Shown piece after piece: positions 27,972 to 39,380 of a stretch of 64,000 nt of DNA. The notes under the pieces are model-generated. The model saw only the letters and a list, made by a program, of their open reading frames with translations. It did no database searches and was not told the DNA's origin. The DNA lies in NCBI GenBank assembly GCA_958009085.1, contig OY253669.1:558001-622000 (forward strand), in the 5' to 3' direction. Numbering within the stretch: position 1 is the stretch's first letter; the number at the start of each line of letters is the position of its first letter. The DNA is from Protoeuglena noctilucae. Its lineage: Eukaryota. A program made the translations under genes and the position numbers.

Positions 27972-28147
27972 CGTGAGGAGCCTGGACGGGCGGTGGGGCC
28001 CGAGGCGGCCGGGGGAGAAGCCCGCGAATCCTTGCTGGTCCCTGCGCGGAGCGTCGGCGTGGGTCGCGCACCCGGGGGGGGTTGGCATCACAAGCGCAAC
28101 GGCCAGGGGCGAATCCCGCCCACACAGCCAACTCCGTTCGCGGCCAC

Positions 28148-29473
28148 TCACCGGATCGCCGTGCCCCGCAGTCCCGACACGGGTTGGAACTGGAACTGCC
28201 ACCCCGTCACCGCCTCCTTGCCCGCCTCGTCGGCCTCGTCAGCCTCGGCATCCTTGGACTGGACCACGGGCGTCTCGGGGGGAGTCTCGGCCCACGCCTT
28301 GCGGTACACGCGGTCCCGCGGGCGCATCTGCCCGGGCCCGCGGCTGCCCATCCTCTGCGCGGCACCCACGGGGGGCAAGGTCGTGAGGGCAGCGAGGCGG
28401 TGGGGGGTTGGAGAGAGGCGCGGGTGGCCCTCGCCTTGCGCATGAACTCGAGCTGCTGCTGTCGGTTGCGCTCGTTGATCCTGGCCCACTTGCGCTCGAG
28501 CGCGTCCTCCCGCCTACGCCGCTCGTCCGCCTCCTGCGCCTGCAGCCACTCGGCCGCCTCCGTGCCCACGCGCTCGGCGCGCTCCCGGACGAGGCGCTGC
28601 CGCTCGCGCGCGACCACCGAGCGCCAGCTCCAGAACCGCCGCCACGCGCGCTGGATCACGACGGCGGCCTCCTCCCTGCGCCGGGCCTCGGCAGCCATGG
28701 TGCGGTAATGCGCCTTAGACTGCTCCAGGTGGTGCTCCTCCAGGCGGCGGTAGTGCTCCTCGCGCTCCCTGCGAGGACGCAGGAGCTGCGGGTCCGCCCG
28801 CGCTTCGGCCGCTATCTGAGCGCACGGGGCCGGCTGCGCCCTCACTGGATCCGCGCCAGCCGCAAGCGGTGCAAGTTGTTGGTCTGCTGCTCCACCGTCG
28901 CCAGGAAGCCCCACCCTCCCCGGACCGCATCGGCCTGGTCCACGCTGTACTTGGGGGGGGAGCTGCGGGCGCTGCTGCCTGACGCATCCGTGACGTTGCT
29001 GCGCACGCTCCTGCAGGCAGCGTTGCCGGCGAGATCGAGGGATGCCGGGGGCATCCGCGCTGGCCTGGCGCTGGCGTCCGCGGCCTCACCCGAGCCGTGA
29101 CGCATGTGTCGCGTGCGGGACGCGAGGGTGGGGCTCGAGCTGGGGAGAAGGGTGCGCGGCATCCTCCGTCACCGATGACAGCGAGTAGCTGCTGTAGTTG
29201 TCTCGATGCTCCGACGACTCCGCGGCAAGAGAGCTCTCCTGCCGGCTCCCTGCGCGGGCCAGCGACGGACTTCCGCACGTGGCATACACGCAGACCCGTC
29301 AGGACAGCCAACAGCCGGTGCATCGCGCAATTACCTCGTGATTGCACACGCTCGGTGTACTCCCTCGTCGCCTTGACGACGAGCTTCCCTCCCGGGGTGC
29401 TCGCGTCCCGCAGCTGCGATATGGTGGTCGCGCGCGACAGGTCGCGGCGCCGGAGCGACGGTGAGATATCCAT
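28148..29473 (-). CDS. IQ-motif coiled-coil protein
   Basis: IQ motif AAVVIQRAWRRF within a charged helix; last exon ends GTAIR*. The 5' end is uncertain. Confidence 0.6.
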
Positions 29474-29911
29474 GACTCCTGTGACACTGCGCGCACGTAG
29501 GTTCGGCGTGAGGGCATCGTGAGCGACCGCCGAGATGTCTTTTGCATGCCGTTTAACGCTCACCAAGAAGCAGCCTCCTAGGGCCAGCGCCCTTCAATGG
29601 ATCGGTGCCGCGACACCGTTTCGCATCACAGAACCTGCATCATCTTGAAAAACACTGACAAAGCAAGGATGGAAAGCGCACCCGCCCGCTGAAGACCTGC
29701 GGACGGGCCCCGCCTCCGTCCCGGAGGTATCCGATGAAACGAGCGGATAGCCCGTCGCGGAATCACGGAGTGGGAGGGTGGGGGGAACTGCAATCAACTT
29801 GCCAGGCCCTTCGTCACTGACTTGCAGCACGCCAGTTGCTTGCTTTTCCCTATCAGTGCCTCTCAGCCGTTCCCTTTCTCTCAGCGGCATTCCTGTCAGC
29901 TTTCTGATGCT

Positions 29912-31120
29912 ATGGCGGGATGTGCGTGTTTGCCACAACACCTTGGGGTGTCATGCCGGCTCTCTAAGCGATGCCGCCCGTGGCCGTGGCGCCTTCGATG
30001 GGTCCCCATGTCTGGGACATTATCGAGTCCGCGATTCAGGGACTCCATAAGTCGGCTTCGCCCTGCAAAGGCACAGGCAGGCGACGTGGGCGATGGGAAC
30101 CATCCGGGGATGGACAAGCGGGCCATTTCAATACCCAGGGATCTGCATAGCGCCGGAAGGTAGGTGACGGTGTCGGGCTCGTCGGGCACGCGAGACGGGT
30201 CGCGTGGTGCGCGAGGGCTCGCTGTGGCTGCCTGTGCAGGGTCTTCATGTTTGCCGGCCTCCTGAAGGTCATGCAGGCGTCCATTCCGGGCGGGAGCGCC
30301 GGTGCGCTAATCCTAGCGAGTCGGAACTTTGGATGGGGCTTGGAACCGGGGGTGCTTTTGGGGATGACGACGGCTGCTGCGGGGCTGGTGCTGGTGAGCG
30401 CTGCCCTGCGTAGAGCCCAGCGCAAGTACTCATCTCGCACCTCGCGCACGCGCAATAACGGGCCTACGTGCTCCGTCGTGCGCCTGGCAGGCCTACCTCG
30501 CCAAGCGGCTGCTGGACGACGGCCTGTGGGAGCGCCGGTGGGTCCGGGCCGTGGTGCTGGGCACCTGTGCCGCCTTCACGGCCCTCATGACGGTGCGGGC
30601 CAAGGGCCACGCGCGGCGTGTCGCCCAGGAGGCGGAGCGGCGCCTGGCAAGGTGACGTGATGCGCAAGACCTGAGCCCCCCCTGCCTCGCGGCGTCGGAG
30701 TGCCATGGGCGAACATGGGCGTCAGGTGGCGCGACGGCGTAGCGATTGATGGTGGCTCCGTCGCCGTCTCTGACACGCAGGGCGACAACCCAGCTGGAGG
30801 CACAGCGCGCCGGCGCCAGGAGGTGACGGTGACGGCTTGGACATGAAATGCCGTGGTTGGATGTCGTCAATTTACTCAAGTCCCGAGTTTCAACCGCAGG
30901 AACCCTCAAGTGTTGGAAATCCCGGACGGCGCCTGGGAGAGCTTTGACAGGTGAGAGCCTCCCCAGGGATGAGGGCAGGGGTCAACGTGCAATCGGTCCG
31001 GGCCCCCCTCAATCGGACTCGGTCCGCCCTCGCAGCCAAGCCATGCCGAACAAACTCCCGCCGACGGGCGTGAACCGGTCAGCGCTCGAGGCCATTCGCC
31101 GGGCGCAACGCGGGGCCTGA
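29912..31120 (+). CDS. Hypothetical (probably plastid) membrane protein, six exons
   Basis: All junctions are phase-compatible: ..LHSAG|RVFMFAGLLK..AAGLVL|AYLAKRLL..VVLGTCAAFTALM..ERRLA|RATTQLE..|NPQVLEIPDGAWESFD|SQAMPNKLPP..AQRGA*. Start is at 29912 or 30110. Confidence 0.55.
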
Positions 31121-31188
31121 GATTCGGGGGGCACGCAGGCACAGACGCGCCTCTGGCATCACGGCAGGCGCCACGTGCGCAGGCGCTG

Positions 31189-32084
31189 CTATCGGATGTA
31201 GAACGTGCGGAACAGGAACTCCTCCAGCAGCGGCGTGAACTCGGGCTCCTCGATGACGCCGCTCCCGTCCTCGTCGAACTTGGCCAGGATGACGGGGACC
31301 TCCTTGACGTGGAAGAGCGCCTGGGGGTCGATGAAGCCCTGGGCCTGGAAGCCCAGGTGGAGCTCGCGGAGGATGGCCGCGAGGGTGTGCTGGTCCATGG
31401 AGCCGCCGACCTCCTTGAACATGGTGCCGATCAGCGAGTCAAGCTCCTCGCCCCCGTCGCCCTTGCGCTTGGCGGTCATGGAGTTGACCACGGACCGGCA
31501 GAAGGCCTTGACGGACCGTTCGTCCTGGAAAGGCCGCGTGAGGAGCTGGGCGGCAATGTCCTGCGGCGGAGTGCATGCTACATTCTGCTGCCCGCCCCCA
31601 GCAGCGCGGGGCTCTCGCGCCGCCTCTCCCACCGGCACTCGCCTTGAACTCGAGGAAGTCAACGGTACCGTCCCCGTTCTTGTCAAAGTTGCGGAAAATC
31701 TCCATCGTCTGCTCGTACGTCACCGTCATGCTCTCATGGAACATGCCTGCGCCAGCAGCGAAGCACCTCGTGGGGTTCGAGCCCGCCATGCCGCTCGTGC
31801 GGAGCCTGCCACGTCCCGGACCCGTCACCTGCTTGCTTGAGTTGCCACACCACGACCATGAGGGCCTTGTGCAGCTCCCCGACCTGAAGCTTCCCGTCTC
31901 CTGCGGCATGCAAAGCGCCCCGAGTTTCAAATGCGCGCGACTGAATCGACAAGAGCCGCGAAAAGTGGCTCTAGCGCGCACTGAGCCCCTCACTGCTTGT
32001 ATCGGCGCGTTTGAACTCCTTCTCCAGGTGGTCCACCATCTCGGGCCTTTGAAACAGGCTCCGGACCCACCCCTTCCCCGGCAT
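31189..32084 (-). CDS. EF-hand calcium-binding protein
   Basis: Loops ADTSRDGKLQVGEL, FDKNGDGTVDFLEF and FDEDGSGVIEEPEF, plus one degenerate loop. Three introns. Confidence 0.85.
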
Positions 32085-32281
32085 CGCGGCCCACTTGCAG
32101 TTTCCACCTAGGCCGCGCAATAGCTACGGTAGCCGGGCCGTGCCCAAAGAGAAACCGTGGTGGCTTCGATGGTGCGCTAAAAGATGGGGAACGGTCGCAG
32201 TTCTTCACCGAAAGCTAGCAATGAGGTGTCTGAGGGGTGCGCAACGGCTGCCACTGCCGCTGACGATTCGAGAACAGATCG

Positions 32282-32360
32282 ATTGGTCCGTGGAGAGCGA
32301 CGTGATGGCGTCCGCTGGCGCGTTTGTTTACTGGCGCTCCGCAGATTACCGCGAGCCAAT
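32282..32360. promoter_or_regulatory. Two oppositely oriented CCAAT boxes in the EF-hand/CDC27 divergent promoter
   Basis: ATTGG at 32282-32286 and AGCCAATCAG centred at 32356-32360. Confidence 0.35.
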
Positions 32361-32543
32361 CAGCCACTTGCCGCGCCGAATAGAATCGGTCTCTGCATGC
32401 CGATGCTGCGCGAGGGTGCCTGCGCCGGTCATCGGGCCCACTAGCGTGAATCCCTTCACGAGGGGATCCATTCCAAGCGCCTGCTGGCCGGCCACTGAGT
32501 GAGCGCTTGCTGGAGGGTGGTCAGATCGCTCGGCTGCGTCATC

Positions 32544-35409
32544 ATGGGTCAGTCCCACCTGATCTCCCAGTTGGCAGCGACGGTTGAGGAGTCAGTGCGG
32601 TGAGTGCCGGTTCCCGGGATCGGACGCGCACTGACTCGCCCATGCATCGTTGCCCGTGCTGTGGTGCTGAATCCCGCGCATCGCGTTGATTCCCACATGA
32701 GGCGCCGGGCTCACGCGGCGCAGGCTTCATCTCCATGACAACGCCGTCTTTTTGGCCGAATGCCTCTTCTCCGCCACCGATTCCGACGCGCACGCCGCGC
32801 TCCTTGCTGACTGGTGCGTGGTGCATGCCCGGGGCCTCGTGGTGGCCTGCGAGCTCGCCCACCGCCTGCGCAGCGCACACGTGCCTCGCGGCCTGCACCT
32901 GCCCGCAGCTACCTGCGCCAGGGCAAGCCGCGCCGAGCCTACCAGGTGCTCAGCAACGGCCGCGCCAAGGATGCCAATGCCCGGTACCTCCTCGCCGTCG
33001 CCGCGGTGCAGCTCGAGCTTTACGAGGAAGCCGAGGTGGCGCTGACCCAGGGGCGGCAGGGTGCCCCAGCAGCCACGGACGCCCCGTCACGCTACCTCCT
33101 CGGCCGCATCTGCCTGCTGACGTCCCGCCACGACGCCGCCCGCGAGCACTTCCGCGCCGCGACCCGGGCCGACCCGCTCCTCTTCTCGGCCTACGCCGAG
33201 CTCTGCCAGCTCGGGGCGGCGGACCCGTGGCCCGTGCCCCCCGGGGCACGCGAGGCGCTCCACGTGGAGCTACTGGGCATGGGCGTGGACCCTGCCCCCG
33301 CGGGTTCGGGGCCGGAGGCGCTCGCCGTCGCTCGCGGGGCTACAGGGCCGGGTGCAACCCCGGCCACACCGGCCGGCCCCGTGGCGCCCGTGCTGCTGAG
33401 CGCGCAGTTGCGGGGTGCGCCGCGCCCTGGCCCCGCCCCGGGAGCGTCCGGCGTGGTGCGCGACCACACGGGCACGAGTGGTGCACCGGCCCGGCCGCAA
33501 ACGCGGGCGTGGGCGGCGGGCGCCGGCCGCCACATCCAGTTCGACGAGGCGACGCCTATGAGCACGAGCGACGCGTCCTCTGCCCGCGGACCTGACAGCC
33601 CCGAGGAGTTCCGGGGTTTCCACGTGGGCCCGGTTGGGGAGGACCACCACACCCCGGTGGTGGGGCCGGCAGCGCCAGGTGCCTTCTACACCCCCCCCGT
33701 CGGTGTGTCCAACGCCACCGCGGGCCCCCCACCGCTCCCACGAGCAGCCCGCGCCGAGGTGAGCAAGCCGTGACCGGTGCAGGCATCCGCAGCGCCTCCT
33801 CCGCCATACCATGCACTGTTGCGGGACCGTGAAGGCCCTCGTACCGCTGCGTCTGTCAAACAACTCCACGGCCCCCGGTCTCAGCGTTACGCGGCGCGGG
33901 TGGGCGCGACCCCTCAGGGAGACACGCCCGTGCCGCCTGGACTGACGCCGCCCTTGCCGGCCGCCGCACCCGGGAGGAAGTTCACCGACCACGGGGGGAA
34001 GCTGCGGAAGCTGTCCAATCGGCTCTTTGCGGAGAGCGCCGCGCCCATGCAGGACGCCGGCGACCTGGCGGGGAGGGCCGAGGGGGACCGGGGGGAGGGA
34101 CCGCCGCCGTGGCCGTCGCCCCAGGGGCAGGCGGCGGCTTGCGCGCTGCTGGAGCCCTTTGCGTCCGGCATGCGCCTCCTCGGCCTCATGCAGTGCCCGG
34201 AGGCGGTGGAGGCGCTGCAGCAGCTCCCCGCGGCCCTGTACATGTCCTCCTGGGTGCTGGGGTGCGTGGGGCGCGCCCTCCTCGAGCACGGGGACCACGC
34301 GGGCGCGGCGGAGGTGTTTCGGGAGATGCGCCGCGTCGACCCCGCCTGCGACGAGGGCCTCGTGCATTTCTCGACTGCCCTGTGGTACCTGGGCCACGCG
34401 GCGGAGCTGTCGGCTCTCGCGCACGAGGCCGTGCAGCTGGACAGGCGAGGGCGGGGCGTGTTACGGCAAGCACTCGGGTGGCAGATGCGCGTCCGCCAGA
34501 CGCTGCCCCCGCCGCGCGACCGCAGGCACTCGGCCCAGGCGTGGTGCGCGGCAGGCAACTGCGTGAGCCTGCAGCGGGACCACCGCAAAGCCCTCCGCTA
34601 CTTCCGCAAGGCCCTCGAGGTCGACCGGCACAACGCCTACGCCCACACGCTATGCGGCCACGAGCTGCTCGCGATGGAGGAGCTGGAGGCGGCGCTGGCG
34701 AGTTACCGCGCCGCGCTCGTCCTGCAGCCCCGGCACTACAACGCGTGGTACGGGATGGGGCAGGTGCGTGGCGCACTCGGCGGCTGCCTCGGCCTCTCGG
34801 GGCGTGCCACCCCTGCTCACGCCTTGGCCCACGCCGGTGTGCCTAGCGTAGGTCTTCATGCGGCAGGAGAAGCTCGAGATGGCGGAGTACCACTTCCAAC
34901 GCGCCATACAGGTCCACCCGCGCTCGAGCGTCCTCAAGTGCCACTGCGCCGTCGCCATGGCCAAGGCCTCCCGCCGCCTGCAGGCCCTGTCGTTGATCCA
35001 GGACGCCATCCGCCAGGACCCCAAGAACCCTCTTGCGAGGTGCGCCGCGCAAGAGGCTCGGTCGGGGCCGCTGCGGGGTTTTGTGCGCGGCAAACCCGCC
35101 AGGGCGCCTGATGCGGCCGTCGCTTGCCCTTGCTCCCCCAGGTATGAGCGCGCCGTGATGCTGCTGGAGGCCAAGCAAGCGCGGGACGCACTGGAGGAGC
35201 TCTTGGTATTGCGAGAGCTCGCCCCGAAGGAGGTGCCGGTGCACGTGAGCCTGGGCCGCGCGTACCGCATGCTGGGGGAGCACGGCCAGGCGCTCGCCGC
35301 CTACACGGCCGCGCTCGACCTGTCACCCCCCGACGCCGACACGGCGGCGATCAAGGCCGCCATGGAGCGCGTGACCCAGGCGCAGGACCCGGGCGGAGAG
35401 GCGCTGTAG
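32544..35409 (+). CDS. CDC27: Anaphase-promoting complex subunit 3 (CDC27)
   Basis: HDNAVFLAE, CYLRQGKPRRAY, DPLLFSAYAELCQLG, and TPRs AWCAAGNCVSLQRDH, AYAHTLCGHE, RHYNAWYGMG. Confidence 0.95.
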
Positions 35410-36097
35410 GCAATGCTCGACAGCCGCGCGTGGCGGTTGGGTTGTTCAAGTGAAGTGCGCTTGAAAAGCAAAAACGCCGCGAGCGGCGAGCAGGCCGGGA
35501 CTGGCGACGGGGCCTTCGGGAGCTCTCCCAAGTTCCCAAGCCCCATGCGTCCGCGACCACCCGCGTCGCGAATGCCAAGCAAGGCACGGAGGCGCCTGGG
35601 CAATGCTGGTTGCCCGAGGCTCCTCCGCGCTGAGACGGGCCAGGTGCCCGAAACTGCAGCAAGGGTGCACACAAAGGGACGCATCTGAACTCAGAGTTAC
35701 GAGGAAGTCCCACCTGTCACGGGGCTGGCCGGGAAGGAGCGGTCCCCAGAGGGAAGGTGTGGAGGGGCAACGGGGGGGGGAGCGAGCACTCCCCGTATGA
35801 CCGTGACCGACTCGGCAAACAGGGCGGCAAAGGAGGGCGGCAAAGGTCGGGGGGGGGGGGGTACGTATTTGCGCCTGCATGGTCGCTGGGCGGAGCTCGC
35901 CACTGCGTGGGTCCCAAACATGGGCGGCGCAGAAAGTGAACATATCGGGAGCGGGTGCGAGGAAAGGAAACATGGACATCGCAAGACGGGGTTCGTGGTG
36001 AAAGGGGCGCAGAGGGTACATGATGTGAGGGTGAGACGGCGCCGAGCGACATCCCTCCTAACAGCTTGCGCATGTAAACAGGGCGGCCCTCATATGT

Positions 36098-38865
36098 CTA
36101 CAAACACGCAAGTGCAGGGATTACGGACGATTGGCGCACGGTGCTCGAGGCCTCCGCGCTGCACAGCGCCAGGCTGGGAGGGCGCCTTGCCGCCCTCAGG
36201 CCGCGGCGCCCTCCCCCGCCACCACCGTCAGACTGCCGCCCTCCGAGTAGGGCGCTCCCAGGCCCACCCTCGCCTTCTTCCGACTCCCCTCCTCCGCCTG
36301 CGACACAGCCGGGAGGGACGCGTCCCCAGTCGCAGCTCAGGGCTGAAGTCAGCCCCCCAAACGAGTGGCCCCTCCCAACCTGTCCCGGCACTCCACTCAC
36401 CGCCTTGGCGACCAGGTGGGTCCCAGTCCGGGTGGCGTGGTCAGGGGCCGTGACCGGCCCCGCGTGTCCCATCAGCGCGGCAAGGAACTGGTTGGGCAGG
36501 GTGACCGGCTCCCCCGTCGGCGACGCCGGCTTCCCCCCCTCCAGGGGCTCGTCCTTGATCCCCCGCAGCTCCTCCATGACCGCCAGCTCCGCCAGCTCCG
36601 CCGACCGGGCCGGGTGGGCCACGCCATTCGCCCCCGCGCCTGCGTCCGCGCGCTCGGAAGACGGCGCGGCGCGGGAAGCGGGCGGCGCGGAGGCCCAGGG
36701 ACCCGGCCCCTGCATGGCCGCGAACAGGTGCGCGGCCGCGTCCGGGCGTGGGCCCCCAGGCCCTGCCCAGGGCCCGTACGACGCGACCCGGTCAGGCGGG
36801 CCGTCGCGGACCCAGCTCGGGGGCGCGGGAGGGGGGGCGTCCGCGCGGTGTGGCGCGAAGGCCCCGCCGCCCACGGCCTTGTCGGCCCATGCGCCCCAGT
36901 GCCCCATGCCCGGGACCCACTGCCCCGGTCCTCGGGCCCAGGCATGCGCGGCGGCCATCATCTGGGCACGGACGTCCGCATCGGGGCCCCAAGACCGAGG
37001 GCCCCAGGGCTGCGGCGGGAACCTTGGGGGCTGGCCCTGCCCTCCAGCGCTCTTGGAGGCCTCGTCCGCCTGCAGCGAGGGACCCGGTGCGGACCCGGTC
37101 GGCATGGCCCACCGCGCAGACTCCGCGCATCCATGGACAGCGCGCCCGCACCTTGTTGCGCAGGCTGAAGAGCGCCGATGCGACGGCCATGTCCTCCCAG
37201 TTCCCCCCCGAGCCTGGGGGCGCCGAGTTCGGCTTGGGCACTTCGCGTGGTGCGCCCGGGTGGCCGCCCCACCAGCGCTCCTCCGGGTTGGCGCCAGGCC
37301 AGTCTGCCGCAGAGAGAGCCCTGTGAACAAGGAGGGGGGGTGCCTCACACATCCCCGGCTCGTGGCGCCCACTCCCGATTAGCCGTGAAAGACGTGCCCC
37401 CGCGCATCACACCTGCCGTGTGCGTGGGCCGCGGCTTCCGCCTCGGCCATCGCCCAGTGGCGCCCGGCGAGGAACCCGTGCTCCCACACGCGCATCAGCG
37501 CCTCCGACTGGGCCACGGACGCAGGCGGCAGGTAGCTGGCGGCCGCGGGGTGCAAGTGGAATGCTAAGGCCTCAGGGCCCGCACCGCAGCTCGCGTGCCC
37601 AGCCAGACCGCGGGAGTCCTCCCAAGCCCGGCGCGGGCGCTTCAGACCCGCGAAAGCGCCCTCCGCGCCCGCGCCGTCCGAGTCCGCGTCCTGGAGGATG
37701 GACGATGCCTCGTGGCTGCGAGGCTTGTCCCCCCCACGGCCGTCGCGCTCGCGACGGGCGGCGTCCGCCACCGCACCCGAGTGGTGCAGCGCAGCGTAGT
37801 CGACGGGGCCTCGCGCCGTCCGCGCAGTGCGGACGGTGGGGCTTTCCCGCTCGTCCGAGGGATGGCCCGACCGCTCGCGGCTGCTCTTCTTCTGCGGACC
37901 CAGGAGCGGAGATTGCTGGAACGGCGCCTACAGGCAACGTCGTCGCAGCGCGCCAGATAGGCCGCCAGCATCGCTCGCGTCGCCACCCCGCACCTCCTTC
38001 TGCGAGTCGTGCGTCCGCACGAACGGCCGCGAGTACGTGGTGCGGAGGACCTGCTTGGGCCCGACAAAGACGCGCTCGTGGACGGCAGCCACGTTGACAG
38101 GGAACGGGTCCGCCGGCGGCAGGTGGGGCTTCTTCCTGCAGCCAGGTCTTGACGGGAAAGGTGGGTGTGCGAGCAGGCGTGCGGCAGGGCCGCCGCCAGC
38201 CTGGCGCAACTCTTGCGGCGCACCTGCACGCCGGACACGCGTAGTGCTCCCCCTCGAGAGGCGTCCAGTCGCCCGTGCGTTGGGCCTCGGCCTCCTCGCA
38301 GTCGAGGTGCATCCAGCTGCCGCAGTAGTCACAGGGCATCCATTTGTCGACCTCGGCGACGCCCGGTACCTTACGATACACGCACTGGCACAACGTGCAG
38401 TGCCAGCCGCGCTTGAACAGGATGCCACAGGCGTTGCACAAGGGGACGTGGCGGCCGTACTGCGGTTGGGGAGGCGAGCGTATCCGCGTTCACGGTGGCA
38501 AAATCCATCGGCATATCATGGAGGAAAACTCGCGGGAGGGGGCGGCGAGGCGGCGCCGGCCCCGGGCCCGCGGCCAGCCCGAAACAGCCATGCCAGGCCG
38601 CCGTGGCCAAGGGTGCGCGCGCGCTGCCCCGGCGCCAGACCCTACGAGCAGACAGCTTAGCGTATGATGCAGAGGAGGTAGGGACGCGCCCGGCAAGGAC
38701 GGCCGGGACAAGGCACGCTGATCCCATCCGAACGGCCGGGGAGGTGTCTGCCGCCCCCCTCCCTGCCCTTACCTCATCCAGCCACCCCTTCCGCCACATG
38801 GGGGGAGACTTGGACGTTGGACAACATGGGTTGGCGCACTTTTCCTGCACGCCTCGGTCCCCCAT
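36098..38865 (-). CDS. GATA-like zinc finger plus PHD-finger protein with a long low-complexity C-terminus
   Basis: CANPCC..PPMWRKGWLDE|YGRHVPLCNACGILFKRGWHCTLCQCVY..WMPCDYCGSWMHLDC..YACPACR. The 3' end is approximate. Confidence 0.75.
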
Positions 38866-39380
38866 TGCTTATGTTGTGGCCGGGCGGAGGCCCCCCGTTT
38901 GAACACGCGCCGTCCGTGGCCGCGGCGTTCGTGCGACAGGTCGTATCAGATCGAAAACGCGTCGGCAACGGCGCAGTCCGGCGGGATATGGCCGGGGGAG
39001 TCGGCGAGGCCCCACTCGACCGGTCACGCGACAGTTGCTGGGAAAAGAGACGGCCGCGCGCCATCTAACGCGCCAGAATGCTGCAGGGGGCGAGATATGC
39101 GCGCGGGGCTCGGCGCGGTGGGACGGTGGTCAGGCCTGAGGGTAAATCAGCGTCGCTCCCCCGTCACGCCCTTCGGCCCGGAGTCTTGTTAAAAATGGAG
39201 TTCCGACGCGCCGGGCACGCCTGCGCTTAGTCGGGTGCGGGGATTCGCGCGACCCCTGCATCGCCGCTGCATCACCGCGTCGTAGCGCTTGCTGTCGGTA
39301 CTTGTGGGCGGGCCCGCCTTGGGCGTCGCGGGACGGTCGGGCGCGCGCGAACGCGGAACGCGCAGGGCCCGGGAGTCGCG

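Noticed and set aside
35772..35861. Poly-G tracts in the CDC27/PHD intergenic region
   Set aside because: Simple homopolymers in a GC-rich genome, with no element structure.
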